A program made the position numbers and the translations under genes. A DNA stretch of 54,634 nucleotides from a virus (Duplodnaviria; Caudoviricetes). Shown in pieces: positions 47,634 to 54,634 of the stretch. The first letter of the stretch is position 1. Each line of letters opens with the position of its first letter. The stretch is taken from IMG/VR virus record IMGVR_UViG_3300018080_003388, positions 1 through 54,634 of that record, one strand, 5' to 3'. Below the pieces are notes generated by a model that had not been told where the DNA came from, ran no database searches, and saw only the letters and a list, made by a program, of their open reading frames with translations.

Positions 47634-47933
47634 ATGTCTTATTTAAACAAAATGTACGGTAGAACTCAGACGATAGGTACTAGTGCAGATAGTACAAAAA
47701 GTCCTTCTAGAGTAACAGGGGGGTTAAAAGCTCAAGGTGTTGATCATTTTGATATTATAGCCGAAGACGGGTCAGTACAAAAGATTTCGTCATATAAGTA
47801 TGTACAGAGTTTAGAATCTCAGATAAAAAAATACCGAGAAACCTTGAATCTACTAGAACGCAAAGTTTCTCGGGTAGAGAATTCGGTAAATCAGATGGGT
47901 ATAATTATCAAGAATTCTGTTCGAGAATCTTGA
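47634..47933 (+). CDS. Hypothetical protein with C-terminal coiled coil
   Basis: Start placed at ATG 47634 (MSYLNKMYG). Confidence 0.6.
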   Translation: MSYLNKMYGRTQTIGTSADSTKSPSRVTGGLKAQGVDHFDIIAEDGSVQKISSYKYVQSLESQIKKYRETLNLLERKVSRVENSVNQMGIIIKNSVRES

Positions 47934-48336
47934 TTATATCTACTTTTTTCATGTTAGCTCTGACATCTATGCCGTGATTTTGACCATAGATAAGAAGATC
48001 TTTCTTTTTCATTCCTCGAAAGTTGGGAACTTTCTTTTTATCTTTGATATCTTCTACGATATCTTCAACTTTTTCTGAAACATCTTCTACGATATCTTCA
48101 ACTTTTTCTGAAACATCTTCTACAATATCTTCAACTTTTTCTGAAACATCCTCGGCTGTGTCTTCTATTACAGAAGAAACTTCTTCTATAATGCCTTCAA
48201 CTCTTTCTGAAATTTCTTCGACTTTTTTTGCAACTTCTTGTTTATGTACTATATTTTTGTGCTTTTTATAAGCCCAAACAACAGCACCTAACACTACTGC
48301 AAATATTATTATAACAGGTATAGCAATACTATTCAT
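47908..48336 (-). CDS. Membrane-anchored protein with 11-aa acidic repeats and Rho-N-like C-terminal module
   Basis: SD aggag; N-terminal TM; EDVSEKVEDIV repeats; GMKKKDLL..G...GI.....MKKVDII. Confidence 0.75.
   Translation of the reverse strand: MNSIAIPVIIIFAVVLGAVVWAYKKHKNIVHKQEVAKKVEEISERVEGIIEEVSSVIEDTAEDVSEKVEDIVEDVSEKVEDIVEDVSEKVEDIVEDIKDKKKVPNFRGMKKKDLLIYGQNHGIDVRANMKKVDIIKILEQNS
48049..48147. repeat. 3 x 33-bp in-frame tandem repeat
   Basis: Unit atcttctac(g/a)atatcttcaactttttctgaaac at 48049, 48082 and 48115. Confidence 0.95.
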
Positions 48337-48359
48337 GGCGGTCTCCTTTTAATACTTTG

Positions 48360-48373
48360 TATTTATATAAATA
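48360..48373. promoter_or_regulatory. Palindromic bidirectional late-like promoter TATTTATATAAATA
   Basis: TATAAATA on both strands between divergent genes. Confidence 0.65.
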
Positions 48374-48392
48374 TAGTTTTGGAGGATGGGCA

Positions 48393-48626
48393 ATGAACGA
48401 ATTTATATTATTTATGTATGGTAAAATAATTTCACAAATCAAAGATGGTTCTTTGTTTTCTAATACATTATCATGGTTGAAGCAGAGATTATCAGAACGT
48501 ACTACTCTAGACGGCACTGTTCTTATAGCGGTCAGCTTGGCTTTTATTTTACTTAATCCTATAATAGAAATAGTTGCTTATGTAGCAATAGCATATGGCG
48601 CTTGGACTATGTGGAAAAAAGGATAA
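48393..48626 (+). CDS. Small 2-TM membrane protein
   Basis: SD ggagg; ERTTLDG followed by a hydrophobic hairpin. Confidence 0.7.
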   Translation: MNEFILFMYGKIISQIKDGSLFSNTLSWLKQRLSERTTLDGTVLIAVSLAFILLNPIIEIVAYVAIAYGAWTMWKKG

Positions 48627-48686
48627 TACCAATTCTGTAGACAGATTCCCGGAATTCTTTTAAATAATACTAAAAGGGTTCCGTAG

Positions 48687-51600
48687 ATGTCTAAAAAACA
48701 GTTTCAACATGGTATCGATATGGGCGGTGTTTCACAACTCAAAAACATGATACTTCACAATGTAACATATCAAGATCTGGAAGATTTATCGTTTAATCTT
48801 ACAGTTTTAAATACCGGTCTTTTGGTTTACAATATAGAAAACGATTCTCCTTATATATGGGACGGTTCGACTTTTCTTGAAATAACTACAGAAATTCAAG
48901 GAGATGTGATATACCGAGGAAGCATAGATGCTTCTCAGTCATTGAATACTCAGTGTGAAGCTATTGCAGGTTATCAATATCTAGTAGAAAATTCAGGTGA
49001 GTTATCTATGGACGGGATAACTTTTATCACTGAAAATCAAGCAGAAACAGGTGATATGCTTTTGTTTACCAGTGATACGCAAGCTGTTATTATGCAAGCG
49101 GGTAGTATACGCTTGGCAACAACAGATGAACCAGGATCATCCAGGTATTCCACAGAATCTGAGTTGTTATCTGATGACGATTCTACTGTTATAAGTGCAA
49201 ATAGTTTGGATTTGTATCTGAGCCAAAAAGGTTATATAAGACAGTTCTCAGAATATTTGCCTGCAATGTCCGCAGGGGTCCCTGTTCGAATATTTCACGG
49301 ACTACGACTAGAAGACAAGGACAACTTTTCATATAACATTATGAAAGGATCATCACGTGTTAACATGGAAGTACGAGCAGTAAACCAAAGCTATGTAGAT
49401 GTTACTTCTTTCACGGATATATCTGATGTCAGAATTACTTTGGTCGGTAAATCTAGAAAGCAAACAGGTGAACCGGTTATCACGGCTCTACGAGATCTGT
49501 CAGATGCAGACATATCTCAGAGTATTACTGATGCAGACCAATTCAAGATTATTATTTCTTCAGACATAGGCGATACTATTGAAGTATATGACGGTCAAAC
49601 TTTACTGGGAACTGCTACAGAGACATCAGAGCCGGGTGTATTTGAGTTAATTGTCGGACCATTGCTAGACGGTGAGTACGATATTACGGCAACTAGGGTT
49701 GTAGACGGGCAGCAAGAACTATCTTCAGAACCTTATAATATAACCATTGATACAACTCCGCCGTCTGTTCCAGTAATAACTGTTTATGATGACAATAGTG
49801 ATGTGGTAAACGAAAACGCATATACTAATTCCGAAGATTTCACATTGAGTATTTCCACAGACCCTGGCATCACGGTGTACGTATTCAATAATGGTGTATC
49901 ACAGGGTATAGCAGTGGAATCATCTAGTCAAGGAGTGTATAATTTTCAACTAACTGATAACTCTGATGGAGATTATGCGTTATCTGCTGTCGCTGAAGAT
50001 TCTGCTGGTAACACATCGAGTTCTGTAGTTACTAACTTCCAAAGGGATACAACTCCGCCTAGTACTCCCGTTATACAAGAGCTAAGAAAAACAAATTCAA
50101 GTGGCGAACTGTTATCATCAGGAGATCTTATAAATGATGATAGTTTTTTTGTTTCCGTATCAACAGAAAGTTCAGTAGATGTTAAGATATATATAAATGG
50201 CACATCAGCTGGAACTCTAGCAGAATATACACCAGGAATTTATCAAACGACAGTTAATATACCTCAGCAAGGGTCAACTGAAATAACTATAGAATCTACA
50301 GATCAAGCAGGAAATACATCAGTTTCAGATACATTTTCTTTGATCTTAGATTCTGTATCCCCTGCGGCTCCTGTTATAACATCCGTTAGAGATTTAAACG
50401 ATACTGATGTTGATTTTATAAATCAAGAAATTCCTGTGAAGATTACACTTTCGGCAGAACAGTCAGGAACAGTTGAAGTTTATATAAATGCAGTACTAGA
50501 CGGTGAAGCACAAGAGGTTTCTCCGGGTGTGTATGAATATACCACTGAAACCTTGCTAGAAGGTGATTATATATTTTCATCCAGAATAACCGACGAAGCA
50601 GGCAATAGATCAGGGCGAGTAGGGGATACTTTGGTTTCTATAGATCTAACTACAGTAAAGCCTATTTTTACTGATATGACCGAGGACACAGGCGAAAGTA
50701 GTTCGGATTATATCACAGGCGATACCGAAATAGTGTTAAAACTAACAGCGGAAAATTATTCAACGGTTGAAATATATCGTGATACTGTTTACATAGGGGA
50801 AGCAACAGCAACGACACCGGGTTCTACTGTATATGAATATAATACCGGTGTACTGCCTGATGGTACTTACGATTTTGTTGCAAAATCCACAGACAGAGCA
50901 GGAAACACGGCATTCTCTGATGCTCTAACAGTGACTATAGACTCTACATTGCCGGTGACACCGGTTATAACGCAGATTACTGATTTAGATTCTTCGGTAG
51001 TAACAGATACGGTGAGATCTACAAAGACGCCATTAACTCTAGAGATTTCAGCAGAAACACAGACTTATGTCGAAGTTTTTAATAACGGTGTTTCAATAGG
51101 ACAAGCTACAGAAACTTCTAGTGCAGGTGTTTATGAATTTGATACCTTGCCTTACGGCACAAGCGACACCAAAGTATTCACTGCTAACTCCACGGATACA
51201 GCAGGCAATACATCAGCTATGTCGCAGAGTAGAGAAATCACTATAGATACAGGGTCGCTGTTGTTGTATGACAATACTACTTACGCAGGAGACTGGACTG
51301 CTTCAGGATATTCATTCACGCAAGTAGTAGAACAGTATGACAAGTTTTATGTTCGTGCCAGTACTGCTAATAGTGGCGAGCAAACATTCACATCTCCTGA
51401 AACATTTAGTATGGATCTAGACAAGGATTATAGATTGACATTTTATCTAGATACCGGTTCTGGAGGCTATTCTTATATAAACATAGGACCATTTACGGTA
51501 AACGGACGTTATAATTATGCAGGAATTATCTCTGATAGCATACCAGATAGTACAATTGATATAGAATCCACAAAAAATCAAAACAATTTCTGGGATCTTA

Positions 51601-54431
51601 GGTTATATTCTATATCAGAAACTGAACTAGAAGTCCGCGTGTATCGCGATGATGTTCTTCAAGGGTCGCAGACATTTGATAAATCTTCGGTGCCAACTGA
51701 GTACTATCAAGATGTTAGTTCTATTATACTAGGATTTGACGATGAATCTATTGCAGTTTCTACATCATATCTTCGTGGATTACCTCGTATAACAGAAGTA
51801 CTAGATGAACAAGGAGTTAGTACTCTGATAAACCAAGATGAGGAAACTTCTACTATACGAATTTCAGCAGATCCTTTGGCAACAGTTAGTGTATATTCTA
51901 ATGACACTCTATTAGGTAATGCCACGGAAGTTTCTAGTGGAAATTTTGAATATAATACTGGAGTACTTGTTGATGGAACATATATATTTACTGCATTTGC
52001 AACCGCAGATGAAGTGGAGTATGGAGTATCACGAGAGGTTACATATATAGTCGATGTTGCTCCACCGGAAGTTCCGGTGATATCATCTATATCCAGCGAA
52101 AATGGTTTGGTGTTAATCACTATAACTGCAGAAACAGAATCTACGGTCGAGGTATTTGATCAAGGTGAATCACTGGGAACTGCACAAGAAAACGGTACAA
52201 CGGGAATATTTACTCTACAAACACAGGTTTCTGATGTTTCTGCATATTCTTTTACTGCTAGTTCAACGGATAAAGGCGGAAACACAACAGTTTCATCGAC
52301 AGTTGATCAAGATATACCTTCTTTTGTTGCGGAAGATTTATCAGGTACGCCGGTGATCCAAGCGAGTTTTATAAATGAAAATTCTTTGATCCTAACAGTG
52401 CTAACCGCATCAGGGCAGACAGTTGAAGTATACAACGATGAGCAGTTGATGGGTTCTGCAACAGAAACTGAAACGTTAGGCACATACGTTTATGAAACCG
52501 GTACTATTTCCGATGGTGAATATAATATCAGAGTCAGGGTTGAATATGATTCAGGAAATATGTATACACAGTCACAGTTATTGACTTTTACAGTTGATAC
52601 TGTAAACCCTACTGTTCCGGTATTTTCACAAGTGGTAAACTCACAAGGAGACACACTGACATCAGGTACAAAGTCTTTTTATGAAGATATAACATTTACT
52701 GTAGCAGCAGAAGAAGGATCATCAGTAGGGATATATGTTGATGGGGTTTATCAAGATGACATGACTGAAACTGAAACACCTGGGGTGTTTGAGTATTCCT
52801 ATTATTTCCCCTTGGGTTATGAGTATACTGTTGTTGCAAGATCTCAAGATCTTGCAGGCAATTACACTGAGTCTGCAGAATTTTCTATTATAATTGACTG
52901 GCCGGAATTGAATTTAACTATGGTAGGATCCAGTGAGTTGTCTGACTTATCTCCATACGCATCAGGTTCCAGGGGAAGTATATATTTAGATAATGCACAG
53001 GAACCTAGTTATTTAATGATCGATACAATGGTTAGAGATATAGGAAATTCTCCTTATACCGTAGAATTTTGGTTTAATTATGAAGGCGATGATTTTAACA
53101 AGACTGTGTATCGCATGTTTGGATCGTTAACTAATGATCCTGTTTTGATACATGAGATTGCTAATAAAAGATTTCAATATTATGTAGATAATTCCAATGT
53201 TGCATCAAATTATTTCAATACAGTGGGAGAAATAGGAACCGGCGAGTGGCATCACATTGCTCTTTGTTATGATGGATCCAAGCTCAGGGGTTATATAGAT
53301 GGGCAAAAACTAATAGATCAGAATTATACTACGAGATTGTGGAACTCGGTAAATCAAGAGTTTTGGATAGGTGCACAAGAGAATGTACCGAATGTAGGGC
53401 TAGAAGGATATATATCTGATTTTAGGATATCATCTGTAGCAAGATATTCTGATTCGTTTGCATTACCTACCCAGCCATTTATCAGAGATGCATATACTCA
53501 GTTTTTGCTAGAAACTGAGGATTATATGAGTTTTTATTTTAAAAACGATGCTGGCGATTTATTTTATGACGGCGGCCAAATATTAGATAGAAATTTAACT
53601 CTAGTTGTAGAATCATCCTCTGGGCGATCTATAGAAGTATATCAAGATAACGAATTTATAGGTTATCCTGTTGAAGTTTCTGCGGGAATATATGAAATTG
53701 AATTATTAGAACTAGAGGGATATTTGGAGTTTAAAGCGTCAACCATTAATAGTAACGGTGATACATTTACGACTAATAATACTCATATAACTGCAGGTAT
53801 TGCAGACATTTCAGAAAATAACATAACTTTGGAAATAGGCGAAGGATCAACAGGGGAAAAGATTGAAATATCATCATTATCACCTTACTCCGGTGAAGGT
53901 AACACGAGTATATACTTCCCTGGTACTTCTTATATAGAAGTCCCTAATCTTTCATCTATAGGCCCGTCGGTTTTTACTCTTGAAACTTGGGTTAATACCT
54001 CGACTACAGGAAGATCCGGGCGTTTTGCAGGGTCTAATGTTAGATCTAATTCACCACTCATGCTTGTAAATACTAATAGAACTGTTTCATATATAACAGG
54101 ATCCGGCTTGAATCTAACTAGCTCTGTAACTGTGCAACTAAATGAATGGTTTCATTTTGCTATTTCTCAAACACTTACTAATGTATACATGTTTATAGAC
54201 GGAGTTTTAGTCGCATCAGGTGCAGCACAAACATCAGGTACAGGCGGCTGGGCTGCTGATGACTTTAGAATAGGAGGACATCCTCTTAACGGAGGAGCAT
54301 ACTCATTCGATGGTTATCTAGTAGATTTTAGAATTGTGTTAGGAGAAGCGATATATACCACTGGCTTTACGCCTCCCTCTGAACCGTTAACAGCAATACC
54401 TGGAACTTATTTGTTGATTAAAACAGCATGA
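48687..54431 (+). CDS. Giant virion surface protein with tandem bacterial Ig-like repeats and LamG/ConA-like domains
   Basis: Repeated DG.Y..TA...D.AGN.S...IDT..P..PVI units; TVEFW/WHHIAL.YDG..GYISDFRIS LamG motifs occur twice. Confidence 0.85.
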   Translation: MSKKQFQHGIDMGGVSQLKNMILHNVTYQDLEDLSFNLTVLNTGLLVYNIENDSPYIWDGSTFLEITTEIQGDVIYRGSIDASQSLNTQCEAIAGYQYLVENSGELSMDGITFITENQAETGDMLLFTSDTQAVIMQAGSIRLATTDEPGSSRYSTESELLSDDDSTVISANSLDLYLSQKGYIRQFSEYLPAMSAGVPVRIFHGLRLEDKDNFSYNIMKGSSRVNMEVRAVNQSYVDVTSFTDISDVRITLVGKSRKQTGEPVITALRDLSDADISQSITDADQFKIIISSDIGDTIEVYDGQTLLGTATETSEPGVFELIVGPLLDGEYDITATRVVDGQQELSSEPYNITIDTTPPSVPVITVYDDNSDVVNENAYTNSEDFTLSISTDPGITVYVFNNGVSQGIAVESSSQGVYNFQLTDNSDGDYALSAVAEDSAGNTSSSVVTNFQRDTTPPSTPVIQELRKTNSSGELLSSGDLINDDSFFVSVSTESSVDVKIYINGTSAGTLAEYTPGIYQTTVNIPQQGSTEITIESTDQAGNTSVSDTFSLILDSVSPAAPVITSVRDLNDTDVDFINQEIPVKITLSAEQSGTVEVYINAVLDGEAQEVSPGVYEYTTETLLEGDYIFSSRITDEAGNRSGRVGDTLVSIDLTTVKPIFTDMTEDTGESSSDYITGDTEIVLKLTAENYSTVEIYRDTVYIGEATATTPGSTVYEYNTGVLPDGTYDFVAKSTDRAGNTAFSDALTVTIDSTLPVTPVITQITDLDSSVVTDTVRSTKTPLTLEISAETQTYVEVFNNGVSIGQATETSSAGVYEFDTLPYGTSDTKVFTANSTDTAGNTSAMSQSREITIDTGSLLLYDNTTYAGDWTASGYSFTQVVEQYDKFYVRASTANSGEQTFTSPETFSMDLDKDYRLTFYLDTGSGGYSYINIGPFTVNGRYNYAGIISDSIPDSTIDIESTKNQNNFWDLRLYSISETELEVRVYRDDVLQGSQTFDKSSVPTEYYQDVSSIILGFDDESIAVSTSYLRGLPRITEVLDEQGVSTLINQDEETSTIRISADPLATVSVYSNDTLLGNATEVSSGNFEYNTGVLVDGTYIFTAFATADEVEYGVSREVTYIVDVAPPEVPVISSISSENGLVLITITAETESTVEVFDQGESLGTAQENGTTGIFTLQTQVSDVSAYSFTASSTDKGGNTTVSSTVDQDIPSFVAEDLSGTPVIQASFINENSLILTVLTASGQTVEVYNDEQLMGSATETETLGTYVYETGTISDGEYNIRVRVEYDSGNMYTQSQLLTFTVDTVNPTVPVFSQVVNSQGDTLTSGTKSFYEDITFTVAAEEGSSVGIYVDGVYQDDMTETETPGVFEYSYYFPLGYEYTVVARSQDLAGNYTESAEFSIIIDWPELNLTMVGSSELSDLSPYASGSRGSIYLDNAQEPSYLMIDTMVRDIGNSPYTVEFWFNYEGDDFNKTVYRMFGSLTNDPVLIHEIANKRFQYYVDNSNVASNYFNTVGEIGTGEWHHIALCYDGSKLRGYIDGQKLIDQNYTTRLWNSVNQEFWIGAQENVPNVGLEGYISDFRISSVARYSDSFALPTQPFIRDAYTQFLLETEDYMSFYFKNDAGDLFYDGGQILDRNLTLVVESSSGRSIEVYQDNEFIGYPVEVSAGIYEIELLELEGYLEFKASTINSNGDTFTTNNTHITAGIADISENNITLEIGEGSTGEKIEISSLSPYSGEGNTSIYFPGTSYIEVPNLSSIGPSVFTLETWVNTSTTGRSGRFAGSNVRSNSPLMLVNTNRTVSYITGSGLNLTSSVTVQLNEWFHFAISQTLTNVYMFIDGVLVASGAAQTSGTGGWAADDFRIGGHPLNGGAYSFDGYLVDFRIVLGEAIYTTGFTPPSEPLTAIPGTYLLIKTA

Positions 54432-54488
54432 CCAGATTTAGCCATACCACTAGTTTAGTGTTTTAAATAACACTAAAAGGGTATAACG

Positions 54489-54634
54489 ATGTCCGGTAAG
54501 CAGTTTCAACATGGTCTAGATCTAGGACGAGTAAATCAGCTAAAGAACTTTACTGTGCAGCAGGTAGATACAAATCAACTTGCTGTACTAAACAATGATC
54601 TAGATACAACAAACACAGGATTCTTGGTCTATGA
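54489..54634 (+). CDS. Paralogue of the 48687 protein N-terminus (3'-truncated by window)
   Basis: MSGKQFQHGLDLGRVNQLKNF versus MSKKQFQHGIDMGGVSQLKNM. Confidence 0.8.
   Translation, partial: MSGKQFQHGLDLGRVNQLKNFTVQQVDTNQLAVLNNDLDTTNTGFLVY

Noticed and set aside
2484-52356. Many short antisense or alternate-frame ORFs in the track (e.g. 2484-2948, 4142-4420, 8488-8766, 11753-12082, 38942-39211, 48023-48271, 51707-52120)
   Set aside because: They are shadows of well-supported genes, with no SD or recognisable motifs.
1-54634. Stop-codon reassignment (TAG or TGA), suggested by abundant CTAG and jumbo-phage precedent
   Set aside because: Conserved genes are full length in the standard code, and TAG/TGA stops coincide with natural protein ends and next-gene starts.

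Overview
AT-rich, gene-dense segment of a large lytic T4-related (probably jumbo) myophage of a Gram-negative host. No integrase, tRNA, rRNA or CRISPR array is visible. The window contains: (1) replication and nucleotide genes (family-B DNA polymerase, probable sliding clamp, clamp loader, RNase H-like 5'-3' exonuclease, DEDDh exonuclease, MazG-like/ThyX fusion, a stand-alone DnaE fragment, UvsE, a deaminase); (2) chaperones (GroES-like, DnaJ, ClpA, MoxR-like AAA + VWA/metallopeptidase); (3) redox and auxiliary genes (7Fe ferredoxin, Prx5-Grx hybrid, PhoH); (4) a lysis cassette (GH19 endolysin, i-/o-spanin, EF-hand membrane protein); (5) a dispersed 7-deazaguanine pathway (FolE, QueD, QueE, a DpdL-like QueD paralogue) with two neighbouring glycosyltransferases and no QueC or DpdA in the window; (6) probable head-internal proteins; and (7) giant repeat-rich tail/adhesin proteins. 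Two promoter classes are readable: sigma70-like TTGACA-N17-TATAAT and T4-late-like ATAAATA. The best candidate for an undescribed system is a coiled-coil gene (27162-27719) followed directly by a ~210-nt structured non-coding element that displays eight ~7-nt-periodic UG units. All functional calls come from motif recognition by eye; no searches were run.
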